NCBI RefSeq assembly: GCF_009914755.1
Contig: NC_060937.1
Direction: 5' to 3' (one strand)
From: the human T2T-CHM13v2.0 reference genome, Homo sapiens
Length of the DNA: 64,000 bases
Shown: positions 1-12,095 of the stretch, one piece after another
Layout: each line of letters opens with the position of its first letter
Position numbering within the stretch: position 1 is the first letter of the stretch
The notes under the pieces: generated by a model
What the model was told of the DNA's origin: nothing
Seen by the model: only the letters and a program-made list of their open reading frames with translations
Database searches by the model: none
Made by a program: the position numbers and the translations under genes

Positions 1-850
1 GAGGACACAGAGCTCAGGGACAGCTTGGGGACTAGAGGTGCAGATGTGATCATCCCACCAGAAAGCACATGGGGTGGGAAATAGACCAAGGACTATCTAG
101 ATGGTGGACATGAAAATACTTGGTCCAAACACATACTTGAAAGCCCTTAACTAGACCAGGGGTAGTTGAGAACAATACCAATATTGTTACAGTTTCAACT
201 GTAGACTAAAATATTTTCACTGTCTATCTAATGTCTATCTAAATTCTAACAGCTCTATCTTAGGTACTATGTGAGGAATAATGGGCTGTTACTAGTTACT
301 AGAAGAGAATGTCATTGCTGTGTCTATTTGTGCAATTAAAGTTCAAAACACAGTGTTCTTTTTTACAGTAAAATAATCTGCATGCATGAATGCAGGCCTT
401 GCCTCTGGCCCAGCTGTGTCACTAAGGATAGAAACGCTGGGTATGTGATGATGGCTAAAGTAGCACAGTTGACAATCTATCATCTAGATATAGGTTATTA
501 CTTAAGTAGACTGAATCTGATTATAAATCAGGTTTCATGCATTCCCTATGTGCCAGGTTTCTTGATACAGAGAACATTTGTAGGGAAAACATTTAATTAA
601 GACATGGCTTTCCATAAAATGTGCTAGCCTATCACGCCATTTCTTCCTTTTTAATATTTGAGGGGTTGCCTCTCTCAGCTTTGGCGCCCTCCTCCTCTGT
701 ACAGGGTAGCTTCTTCCTTCTCTTTTCCTTCTTGCTTATTGAACTCTCTGCTCCTTAAAACCACTCCACGTGTGTCCGTGTCCTTGTATCTAAGCTGGCA
801 TGAGGACCAAAAACCCTGGTGCTCCACCACTCATCGGAGCCACATCATTT

Positions 851-868
851 TGGTGCGTTGGCCGAGAA
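851..868 (+). other. Retroviral primer-binding site, tRNA-Gly(TCC) type
   Basis: TGGTGCGTTGGCCGAGAA matches 17/18 the complement of the tRNA-Gly(TCC) 3' end (TGGTGCGTTGGCCGGGAA); it follows the LTR-terminal CA at 846-847 after a 3-nt gap. Confidence 0.85.
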
Positions 869-1268
869 AGGAAATTCATTCATCAGACTGAGTCAAGGAA
901 ACTTATTTTAAACTATTTATGGCCTTTAATAATTGAGTAAGGTGTACTCCTATGAACAAAATTTGAAGCATGTTTATTTCTCTGCCTGGTTCCTCTAGAA
1001 TTTGGAAATTATCTGTCTGGAAGCTCTGAGTTTATCTTGGGACCTCAAGAGGAGAGGATCACCCAACTCACAGCAATCAAACTCCAAATGGTGCTATAAA
1101 CTGAACCACACATGGACACGTCAGTCTTCCGAGGACCCTTAGATCAACCCCAGGAGGAGCCCTAGCTGCTGTTCCCCATTCGACGCCCCTTTCCAGCAGG
1201 AAGTAGCCAGAAGACATCGTCGCCCAAACCTCTAACAGCAGTTAGTGCGGCATCTCCACAGGGGGGAA

Positions 1269-1815
1269 TGTTGTAGGAGTTATTGATAAATTATTTTAGG
1301 CAGATAGAGAGGAAAAGGGGTCCTTAGGAAGTTTTTGTTTTTTAAAGCACGTCTGGAAAAGTTTCTTGTAAAGCTCCAGCTCTTAAAGCCAGGCCAGTTA
1401 CCCGATATCCAAATGCCAGCCATTAGAAAGTGGGTCCACCCAAACATGGCGATTCCTGTGGACTTCTTGCCCTTTCCCCACATTCCTGGATACATGGACA
1501 CCCCGAAGTATCCCCACCTGTGTAGAAGATCATGGTGCCCTGCATTTGCATATTAAAAGGCTAGGGTGGGAGAGCCAGCTTTTCCTGCGGGCTACGTGAA
1601 TGACATGCCTAGTCAAACCAATCCCCTGAGCCTGTGCAAATCAGACACTGCCTCCTCCAGCCTCTGTATATATACCTAGCTGGTATCTGTGGCAGGTGGG
1701 GTTCCCTCTCTTGGCTTTGGAGCCCCCCTTCCTCTGTCTCTGTACAGGGGAGCTTCTTCCTTCTCCCTTCCCTCTTGCTTCTTCTTGCCTATTAAACTCT
1801 CTCTGCTCCTTAAAA
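1269..1815 (+). promoter_or_regulatory. ERV1 LTR U3-R with core promoter motifs
   Basis: Starts TG after the purine tract; octamer ATTTGCAT 1544-1551, CCAAT 1618-1622, TATATATA 1667-1674, poly(A) signal ATTAAA 1791-1796. Confidence 0.75.
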
Positions 1816-3227
1816 ATAAAAAAAACTATATTTGAAACATTTCTATAATTACATGACTGGTCGTTTATAACTAAATGACTGGAATTCTCAGAAGAGAAAG
1901 CCATTTATTCAGAGCCAAGCTATTCAGGTAAGTATGGCTATCCTGTTCTTTGAAGTGGTTCACTTCAACTCAACAAACTGCCAATATAAATATGACCTTG
2001 CTCTCTCCTTCCCAGCAGACAGGCCCAACTAACACACGTCCTTCTCCAATTTCCCACCTTAAAACAATTCCTGTATCTCACAGAATGGCAACTGTGGCCA
2101 CAAGAGAAAAATATATACACTTGTGGGCTTTTCTAAAGAAATATAGTTAGAGCTAACTGGTTTGGTGATTTTGTATGTATGTGATTGCTGAAGATGAAGG
2201 TTCAAAAAGGAGGAAATCAGGACCTGAGCCTGGAAGGATAATGAAGAATAGTTACTGGGGAAGAATCCTGGGCACACTGTTATGCTAGCCCTGCTCTAAT
2301 TAGATTTAAATGTTCTGCGAGTGTTAACATGAACTAAACCCTACACAGAAAATTTAAAAAAAAACAAAAAAAAACAATGTTTCAGGTAGTTCCACAAGTA
2401 AGAAAAACTGGATTTGGATTTTGTATATGGCCATAGTAAAAAAATTCCAAGAAAGCTTTGGTTTCTTTTTTAAAGCTGACAAAGATGTCCCCTTTGCCTT
2501 CAAGTCTTAATTTTAGAAGGGTGACGATTAAAATTGTATTTTCCAAGCACCCCTGGGAACCAGCTTGGAGCTGTTAACTCCAACCAAGGTGGATGGAGTT
2601 AACAAACACATTTCACTCTGGAAATCACCTAAATTAGAGGGAGAATGAATGGATCTTGCCAAAAGGACTCAAACAGGCAATAACTTTACAATTAAAAAGA
2701 GAAAAGTGTCAATAGCAATATAAGAAAGACAAAATTGCATCAGGACACATATTGCAAATATGAGCTCACAAAAGGAAGCAGGTAGTAGATCTTCACCTAT
2801 TTGTCCTACTGAGAGGGACAGAGAATATATAAAGAGTAGTTAAAGAGTGAGAATTTAATGTATTTTTCTCCTCATTTTACCTGAGAGACAAATGGGCTAA
2901 GAAAAGACGGTACAAGCCAGAACATTTTTGTTCTGACGGCTCTGCTCAAATTAGCGTGTTTCATAACCTTGAAGTACTAGGGTAATTATTCTGGCCTGAC
3001 TAATTTAAATTATAATATCAACAAGATTCCAAGACTGAGTCTTAAAACGGCAGGGTTTCCAAACTGCGGCTTTCCAGTCCTCTTCTTCCGAGTGACTGCA
3101 GACATACAGCTGGAGAGAAAGTGAGGAGAAAAATACCATGCAGGAGGACTTGACCTGCAGACAGCTGGCCTAGACGGGGCTCATCAGAGAGAACACCAGC
3201 CACTCCACTCCCAGAACCACGGTGGCT

Positions 3228-3410
3228 GTTTACAGAGCATTCACTGTGCACCAGACACTGTCCTAAGAGCACTGATCCATGGTCTCCTTAAAACACACCT
3301 TGAGACACCTATCTTCACAAGTAAGAAAACAGAAGCCAAGAGAGTCACACAACTCATAGGTTTGCTTTAACCCTGGCAGTCTGGTTCCTGAGCCCATGCT
3401 CTTAAAGCGC
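3228..3410 (-). mobile_element. MIR SINE fragment
   Basis: Reverse complement of MIR core and 3' end (gcattcactgtgcaccagacactgtcctaag ... ggcagtctggttcctgagcccatgctcttaa). Confidence 0.65.
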
Positions 3411-4658
3411 TATGATATATTGCCTCATGCCCCGAAATTCTGTCAAATACATTCTAAAAAGGTTTATATTTAAATATCAGCATCCTTGATGTGACAGAAC
3501 CTAAATATGTAGAAAATCTTGAGAGAAAGGTCTCATTATTTCCTGATGCCACCCATGAGCACTTGTACCCAACTTACACGGCTTCCGTTCTGTGGAGCAC
3601 ACTTTACAAGCAGTCACGACTGTGCCCATCTAGCTGGAAGTAGAGGGCAGAGATCAGTGGCTTCGTCTCACAGGGCCGTAGTCTGGTACTGCCAACGGTG
3701 GCTTGGCCCAGCTGTGACCGGGACACTCATGACCAGGACAGGCACTCATGTAACGACCAAGAGCCTCTTCCCATCAGGGCACAACAGTGCTCACAATGCT
3801 TGGTTGCTGCTGGAGTTCCTGTCTTGGCGTGATACTGGGAGGAAAAAGTGCCCAAGAGTTCTGTGCTTAGGGATGCTTTCTGGGTGGTCTCCAAGTGCCT
3901 GTGGTAACCCCTTCAAACAGTAGCCTTCACATATTTAAGGGGCTCCTAACTATGCATATTTCTACACTTTCGCCAAGAAAAAATCCTGTCAGCTCCAGGA
4001 TGAGTTCAAATATATATGTGTACAAAGCTGCAAGTTCATATCCTGTTATTTTGTAATACATAATGAACATATAATCCAACCAGACCTTCATTTAAAAATC
4101 AGCATACTCATGGCCTCACCTGTTTAACCCTTGAATGCCCTTTTGGATGTACAATTAATATAATTATTTGAAAACATGATTGAGAGCAATTGGTTGGCAG
4201 TTTGACTATACCTGTAAGCCAACCTTGCAAAGACGAAATCTCATTCTGGCTCCCTTTCCTAAGGCCCTAGGGTGAAATCGTTGGTGTATCATTTAATTTC
4301 ATAAATACAGGGGATTACCAGGCAATTAAAAAGTAGAATTATTTTAAAGCTTGGAAGAAGAAGAATAGGTACATCTTTTCTTTGAGTCTATTTTATATAT
4401 TGCTTGACACCAAGCAAAGGTGCCCAATAAAATGAAACTATGGCTGTTTGATCAATGGCTGAGTATGATCCAAATTTAATGAAACTCAAAGAATGAATGA
4501 ATGAAGAAACTATTAATTGAATATTTGTAAGAGTTTTTTCCATTCATTCATCCATTCTATCTGTGCCTAAATGCCTAATGTGAATTTCAGGAAGGCAAAA
4601 CAAACAAACAACCCCAAAAAAGAAAAAACATGTTATTTATTAGGAAGATGTTATATAT

Positions 4659-4874
4659 CAAGCTTGTCCAACTCATGGCCTGTGGGCTGCATGTGGCCCA
4701 GGATGACTCTGAATGTGCCCCAACACAAATTCATAAACTTTCTTAAAATACTATGAAGTTTTTTCTTGGTGATTTTTTTTAGCTCATCAGCTATTGTTAA
4801 TGTAGTTTATGTGTGGCCCAAGACAATTCTTCTTCCAATGTGGCCCAGGGAAGCCAAAAGATTAGAGATCCCTG
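4659..4874 (-). mobile_element. MER30 (hAT-Charlie MITE)
   Basis: Close to MER30 consensus over its full length (caagcttgtccaac ... gggaagccaaaagattagagatccctg); TA-rich flanks. Confidence 0.85.
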
Positions 4875-4902
4875 TATATATTATATATAAAAATTACTGA
4901 GT

Positions 4903-5204
4903 TTTTTTTTTTTTTTTCTTGAGACAGGGTGTCACTCTGTCACTCAGGCTGGAGTGCAGTGGTGCAATCTCGGCTCACTGAAGTCTTGAATTTCTGGGCT
5001 CAAGTGATCCTTCCACCTCCGCCTTCCTCAGCTGGGACTATAGGAATGCACCACCACGCCCAGCTAGTTTTTTTTTTTTTTGTAGGAATGGGGTTTCGCC
5101 ATGTTGCTCAGGCTGGTCTCGAACTCCTGAGCTCAAGTGACCCAGCTACCTCAGCCTCTGAAAGTGCCCCATGGGATTACAGGCGTGCGCCTCTGTGACT
5201 GGCT
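4903..5204 (-). mobile_element. Alu (AluJ-like)
   Basis: Poly-T then gagacagggtgtcactctgtc, dimeric structure with central T-rich linker. Confidence 0.95.
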
Positions 5205-5230
5205 GAGACTTTCTTCTGAAAACTATGATC

Positions 5231-5410
5231 CAGTGGACCTAAAAGTGGACTGACATCACTGGTGTGTCAACTGGGAGCCTGTTAGAAATGTGAATTCTTA
5301 ATCCCCCATCCGAGCCCTGCTGAATCAGAACCTGGGGATAGGCCCAGTGACCTGTGTTTTAATAAGCCTTCCCAGTGACTCTGCTGCATGCTCGCCTTTA
5401 AGCCCCATGG
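5231..5410. mobile_element. MER5A-like hAT MITE
   Basis: gggagcctgttagaaatg ... ctgctgaatcagaa ... ctgtgttttaataagccttcccagtgactctg resembles MER5A. Confidence 0.7.
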
Positions 5411-6242
5411 CTCAGATGGACCTGCGGAAACCTGTTAAGCCTGAAAATGAGATGTCGTTTCTCTCAACTGGCAACTATAACTTGAAAAATACTGAGCAAG
5501 AAAGATGTAGACGATTGTAATTTTCTACTTAACTAAAAAAGATTTCTCAGGTGAAATAGAAAACAATTGTTTCATGTAAAACTATAATTTATTTGGGACA
5601 CTGTTCAAAGTTATTGAGTACCAGCTAGCTGGAAAAGCACCTACAATGATCTAGTGGATTTGGCATGGATATGGCCTACAGATCTGTAGTGGGGACGGAG
5701 AAAGGGACGTGGTGTCAGTGTGAGCTGTGTGGAAGCTGGGGCTCTGCACTTGCTCAAGAAGTCTCCCAGACGGGAGGTGCCCTTTGGAGATGAAGGCAGT
5801 CCTTTTATTTAAAAAGTTAAAAAGCAGGGTATGTTTTGATTACTAGGAACATTCTACAGGACAATAATTTGTGTTGATCAATTATTATGAGAAAAGCTCA
5901 GAAACACACACCTAAGAAGCTTCTTTCATTCTGACTGTTCTGAGCCTGAGAAATAGAACCCAACCTCAGTCAGGCAGGAGCCCAGAGGGAGCCATTTCTC
6001 AAGGAAAACACGAAGTTGGTAGAGGACTGGTCATCTGTTGATAGGTCATGATTTCTGCCAAAGTGGGCGATTTTAGCAGAAAGGTGGATGGAGTTGCTTA
6101 GGTCTGACTCCCCATAGGCATGGACCTCTCCCATCATTAGTGTTCTGAGATAAATGCCTCTGCCTGCAGGCCAAGCTCCCTGTGCACGGCAGCAAGCAGA
6201 AACATGACTACTCCTGACTCCACTTCAGACTGAACGTCTGCT

Positions 6243-6365
6243 CATGCATTTATCAAAAGGAAATGTTTACTAAGCACTTGTGTGCTAAACACTGTGTACT
6301 GGAGACAGCAGGCACACAGATATGAGTGAGACATGATTTCTGTTCTGAGGAACTTCATGAGTTGG
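6243..6365 (-). mobile_element. L2 3' end fragment
   Basis: catgcatttatc ... gtttactaagcacttgtgtgctaaacactgtg, typical L2 tail. Confidence 0.55.
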
Positions 6366-6409
6366 GGAGAAAGCCATGGAAATACATAACTGTTCATACA
6401 GCACCAAGG

Positions 6410-6944
6410 TGTCAATGGGGTAGGATATTGCTTTTTTCCACCTAGCATCCATTTCCCTTCTGGTTAGGAGAATAATTTTGCTTTAGAGCAGTGGTTTAGA
6501 GGGTGATTTTGTCAGGGCATCTGGCAAGGTCTGATGACATTTTTGGTTGTCACACTGGAGGAGTGAACCACCATACTACACACAGGACAGGCCCCATAAA
6601 AAGAACTTATCTGGTCCCAAAACGTCAACAGTGTGCAGGCAGACACCCTGCGGTGGGCCAACAAATGAGGAAGCTCTCCCTGCCCCTGGCTCAGCCAGTG
6701 AGGGTGGCCAGATGTGTTCTTCCAGGATTGAGTCTTGAGCCGAATGCAGAAAGGTCTATGGCTGGCTGGAGCTGAGCCATCCCAGTACCAGCCCCATGAA
6801 GAACACACCCTCTCCTCTGCCAAGCCCCACCGAGCTGCTCTTCTGGAGCCCTGTTGTAACTTCTTCCTTTGAGTCTGTGGCCTCAAAAAAAAAAAAAATT
6901 GGTTTTCTGCTTTGATAAGCCAGAGTTGGTTCTATTTCTTTCAA
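6410..6944 (+). mobile_element. Old ERVL LTR (LTR33-like) interrupted by MER20
   Basis: cctagcatccatttcccttctggt start and taagccagagttggttctatttctttcaa end resemble LTR33. Confidence 0.5.
6489..6650 (+). mobile_element. MER20 (hAT-Charlie) fragment
   Basis: cagtggtt ... ggcaaggtctgatgacatttttggttgtcaca ... aagaacttatctggtcccaaaacgtcaacagtg. Confidence 0.75.
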
Positions 6945-7552
6945 GAAGATTCCCAGTTGATTAAAAAAAAAAATCAGTTCACCCGTTATTAAAAAGAATT
7001 TAATGATGTCTAGGGAACACTGATCTTTTTGTTTGATCAAAGACCAACTCTGTAGACCCAGGATTTGTACCTGAAGCAGCTGTTTTTTCACTTAAATGAT
7101 TCTGTCTTTCCTCCGATTCATAAAGTCTGGGTGATACACAAGCAAGCTTTAATGCCTGATTTCTACTCCCCACCTTCACTGGAAAAGCAGGGGTTGTTCC
7201 TGGACAAAGAGAAAACAGTGTCTCACTGCCACCAAGCCCTGTCAGGTGTGGCAGGAGGTGTGAGGGGGATAGGAAGATGCACAGAGGGACTGCCCTCCAT
7301 AGCTTGGGTCTCCCTGAAACTGGATCTTCCCTTGTGGAGTCGGGGAAGGAAGTATCGCTGCTTGTGGGTTTCAAAGATGCAAGGGAAGTTCATGGACTGG
7401 GTGTCCAAGGCTGCCCAGGAGAGGGGAGGTCTGGGTGCTCTGTGTATGTGGCCAGGTGGATGGACTCGTAACACCAATCAGGCATGGCCAGTGCCATGGG
7501 CCAAGACACCCAGGACAAATACCTCATCAGTTCTTTAAAATCAAAGCTAAAA

Positions 7553-8300
7553 AATCAAAATCACAATGAGATACCATTGTACACCAGTCACAATGGTTAT
7601 TAGTAAAAAGTCAAAAAAATAACAGATGCTGGTGAGGTTGTAGAGAAAAAGGAATGCTTATACACTGTTGGCGGGGGTATAAATTAGTTCAGCCATTGTG
7701 GAAAGCAGTGTGGCAATTCCTCAAAGAGCTAAAAATAGAACTACCATCTGACCCAGCAATCCCATTACTGGTTAATATACACAAAAGGAATATAAATCAT
7801 CCTACCATGAAGACATATGCACGTGAATGTTCACTGATGCACTATTCCCAACAGCAAAGACATGGAATCAACCTAAATGCCCATCAATGACAGACTGGTT
7901 AAAGAAAATGTGGTACATACACACCAAGGAATACTATGTAGCTATAAAAAAATGAGATCACATCTTTTGCAGAAACATGGATGGAGTTGGAGGCCATTAT
8001 CCTTAGCAAACTAACACAAGAACAGAAAACCAATTACTGCATGTTCTTATTTATAAGTGGGAGCTAAATAATGAGAACACATGGACACAGAGGGGAACAA
8101 CACACGCTGACGCCTATGTGAGTGTGGAGCATGGGAGGAGGGAGAGCAAAAAAAAATAACTATTGGGTACTAGGCTTAGTACCTGGGTGATAATATAATT
8201 TGTACAAAAAGCCCCCATGACACAAGTTTACCTATATAACAAACCTGCACATGTACACCGAACCTAGAAAAAAAATTTAAAAAAAAAAAAATAAAAGTTA
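7553..8300 (+). mobile_element. 5'-truncated L1 (older L1PA, ~PA13-16): ORF2 C-terminus, 3' UTR, poly(A)
   Basis: ORF 7654-7890 ([38 protein letters not shown]) matches the L1 ORF2 C-terminal region; L1 3' UTR and A tail follow. Confidence 0.92.
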
Positions 8301-8759
8301 AAAGCTAGTCATATTCTTACATTTCAGCCACAGCACTGGACTTAGTAGAAATTAATTAATTAAGTTCCATTAGCCAGATTTCTATTTAAGGCCTATAAGT
8401 ATCAGTTAGGAACAGTCTGGTGGACCAAAAAAAGAGCCTCAGGCTCCAAAAAAGAAAATGTCCTGAGGACCCCCTACAGGACAATAGCCCCGTGGGGCCT
8501 TGCTGGTCAGCAGAGCAGCTATTCGAATGCAGTTCCACCAACAGCCTCAGGGGCACTGTGCTGGTGTGAATTTGGGGCTGAATGGAACATTATCTGGTTC
8601 CGCATGGTATCTTATTATTTGAAATTTCAGGCTATTTCTCTTCTGACTATACAAAAGTTTTCCTTTGAAGGGGTGCCAAGAAAGAATAGAGAGAAAAAAA
8701 TACCTTTTTCATTTTCTAAATAAAACTTTAGGTGGCTCGAAAGAAGGCAATATATCCTG

Positions 8760-8990
8760 ATGGTTAGAGCAAGGGTTTAGTAAGAGATTACCCTGGGTTA
8801 AACAACTGGGTAAGGACCTCAGACTAATCACTTAACCCCTGCTGGAGGAAATCTAAGTAAAAGTAAAATGTTGGAGTTTAGTATAATGTTTGAAGTTCAT
8901 AAAACTGGCACAATGTCATCTACTTTGCTAGATTGTTAATAAGGATTAAATAAGATACAGCATTTAACACACAGAAATGCTCAGTAACTC
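8760..8990 (+). mobile_element. MIR fragment(s)
   Basis: tggttagagc ... cacttaacc ... aggattaaataagata ... aatgctcagtaa. Confidence 0.5.
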
Positions 8991-9282
8991 ACTATAATAA
9001 TCAGACCCGAAGATTTATGAAAACCTGCTTCCTAGTTCAAGAGTTGAAGGAGGAGGTTGCTTACTATTTTTGCACAAGTTCAATTCCAAAACATTGATCT
9101 GTGATTAAATATCATAAAACTATCATAAAACTCACAATCACAAGCTACTTATCCAGCTCATAAATCACAGCTTTTTTCTACTTTTTGCCATCTGCTTATT
9201 AGGTAACTGTTTATCTACTAAAAGAAATAAAAGATGGAATTAAAATAAATCCATTTTTCTACCTGTTGACTTCTGTGATAAA

Positions 9283-9443
9283 GGGTCTTCACTGGGGTGA
9301 TGGGGAAGTTCTGAAAATGGATACTGGTGATGGCTCCACGGCATTGTAAGTGTAGGACATTGTGAATGGCTTGGAACTATACATCTAAAAATGGTTAAAA
9401 TGGCAAATGGTATGGCATGTATATTTTACCACAATTTTAAAAA
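9283..9443 (+). mobile_element. L1M (L1MB/ME) 3' terminal fragment
   Basis: ggggtgatggggaagttctgaaaatggatactggtgatgg ... aaaatggttaaaatggcaaat ... tatattttaccacaat. Confidence 0.75.
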
Positions 9444-10931
9444 GAGATCAGAAATCTCTTTTTAGAACCTGCGATTCACTCAAATATACAGCTGTCTGTG
9501 CTATGCCGTCCTCCATTACTAGACATAACAATAACTTGGATGTACCAAAAAGCAGATTATCTAAACAGATTTGGGAGTGAAAAGGAGGTTTGAGTATTCT
9601 CAGCACCATTACCAATTCTAATAATTCATCATAATAGTTTAATGGCTCTTTTTTCTGCTGAAATAATTATATGTGCCAAACTCAGCCTACTGATTAAGAA
9701 TTGTAGCTACAAAGGCTAGCCTGGCAGTTTGAAAAATCTTAAGTGAATTTTATGAGATCAGAATCCTCATTCCAGATCTGTCTCTCCCAAGCCTAGGGCA
9801 ACTGTATGGCTCACCATCTTGACTTTGAAGTTTTTCTCTGCTACAAGACTGTGGTTACCCACACCCTTTGCTAAAGGTGGATTCCCTCTATCTACAATCA
9901 GTTCTTGAGAAAATCAGACTATCGGCCAGGAAGTGAAATTCTTCTCTTCCTTTGAACTAAAAAGACTCTGCTGCTCCCTGTGCTGGATTGGTATCTGTCG
10001 GCATTCACATATGAGGCTCTCTCTGTCTCTCTAGAATTATTAACTGAAGTGAAGCCTCTGAACCTGTGTTAGACAGAAGTTGAGCCAGCAAGTACAGCCC
10101 CACATATGTGCCCTGTTTACACATTAGTTTATTTTAATTTCATTGTCAGATTTAATAATTCCATTTACAATTACATTTCTGGGTTACAAAACATCTTGCC
10201 TTTTGAAGCTCAGTGTCTTCCTTAAACAAACACACCCACACATTAAACACGCACACACCCTCTTAAAATATTAGTGCATTTACAAAAGGGAGGTCTTAGC
10301 CTTGAGAACGCAGGTGCTCCTTTCCATTTCTTTCTTCCAAAAAGCTTTCAGCGATTTCAGAGGCTACGTTGGGTAAATATATGAACAAGCCAAAGATTAG
10401 GGATTCTATTTACTTGGCTATTATTCTGGGCTGCCTCTATTATTGAAATTGTGTCATAATCCTAGAGCTAACTAAATTGTAACTCTGATTCCGTAACATG
10501 CTTTCCTCATTTATTCCTGCTACGCTGTGCAAGAAAAGCAGCTTTCTGCCAATGAACATCCTGTAAAGTTCCAAATCTTGCTTTGTACGCTGTGCGTTCA
10601 TGCCTTTACATTCAACAAATCTTATTTTCCTACAAAATCATTTTACTGTAGGTAAGGCAATTACATACTAGTATATATATTAGCTACTAGTTAGCATACT
10701 AGTTGGCACATGCCACTTTTCAGATTTGTCCCCATGATATCTTACTCTGATAACCCAATAATATCTTCTTTGAGCATCACTGTATTCCCAACAAGGCAAC
10801 TCAGTTGCCAAAAATTATGAAAGAGCAAGGGAAAAAAAATACAGTGGAATATGCATGCACATATTTCAAAGCAAAAACTTCCTGGTATAATGAGAAAGAA
10901 GTTGAAGAAATTACCAGCCCACACAGGTGAG

Positions 10932-11092
10932 TCAGAGTACCTGACTCTGAATCCTAGTTCTAATGTCTGCTACTAGGTGATCTCAGGCAAATAAGTTACT
11001 TATGCATCCCTTGGACTGTTTAGAGAATTAAATGAGATCATACAGCAACATGCATAGTACTTGGCACATCAAATACACTCAACAAATGCTTT
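10932..11092 (+). mobile_element. MIR
   Basis: gaatcctagttc ... ggtgatctcaggcaa ... gagaattaaatgagatcat ... ttggcacatc ... actcaacaaatg. Confidence 0.7.
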
Positions 11093-12095
11093 TAGCTGTA
11101 CTTAGTGTTATTGCTGTCACTATTGTAACAATGAACAATAAAATAACAAATGTATGCTTGGTTTGATTAAACTTTTATGACTCCCTCCTAGCCATTCAAT
11201 GCTGGCAATATACAAGTAGCAGAAATTAGTTTTATTGAAAGTATTTGACATGAAGGATTACTTATCTTTAGAAAATCAATACACAGGCTGTGGAAGCATT
11301 TAAATAAAATGTCTATCCTAATGTGGAATGCACGTGCATCAAAAGGAAGACAAAAATAAATCTAGTGTTGAAATTCCACTATTTTGAGTGTGTGACTTAA
11401 GCTTTTAAGAATTTTGTTAAAGCTCAGTTTTATTTAAACTGCTAGAAAGGGAAATTTAAGTACAGGTTGGCCTTCCTCCTGACCCTAAAGCTTAAACAAA
11501 ACATACATTTAGTACCGAATGGAAAGAGAGTAAAGAAACTGTGTGTTACCTGACATACTCTAACTTATGTGATGGGTCACAAAAATAACTTGATAATGCT
11601 ATTCAGATATTTGAGATGTGCAAACTCTACAATTAACCAGGGACTATTCAATAAGAGAAACTTTAATGTAAAGATAAACTATTAAATGTAAAAGAAAATC
11701 AGGTATAGGTATAATTTCTTAATCTAATTTCATTATTAATAATGTTACATCATAGTCATAAAGAAAAAGTTTCTTTTACATTTAGTTGAAAAAGACATAA
11801 ACACCAGAAGATGTCTTGTAAATGCTCTTTCAGGAAACAGTCCAGTTAAACCAAGAGAAATCTTGTTCCTACATCCTCTAGCAACATTTCATAAAAGAGT
11901 TGGCTAGCAAATGTCAATTTCAATTCTTCAACTAAAATCTGCTCTAAATCTCTATAATTATTACTATAATTTAACTTTTTACTGGTACTCCTTCCAAATG
12001 TAAATTCATCAGTGTATTGCCAACTTGTGATTTCCTCAGCCCTTGAAGCTTGATGCCTGAGGGTGTCACGCAGGAAAGTTAAGAATCTAGATCCA

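Larger units (their letters stand above)
662..1827 (+). pseudogene. Processed (L1-retrotransposed) copy of a spliced ERV1/MER4-group RNA, MER83-like LTR
   Basis: Order R-U5 (662-847), PBS (851-868), ~400 bp internal, PPT (1260-1268), U3-R (1269-1815), A-rich tail (1812-1825). No 5' U3 and no 3' U5. Flanked by direct repeat ATATTTGA (654-661, 1828-1835). Confidence 0.85.

Noticed and set aside
10663-10705. Three nearby TACTAGT palindromes
   Set aside because: Too short and AT-rich to distinguish from local slippage.
10724-10932. Possible + strand exon ending at CAG|GTGAGT (10926)
   Set aside because: Isolated donor with a modest acceptor; several such matches are expected by chance in 64 kb.
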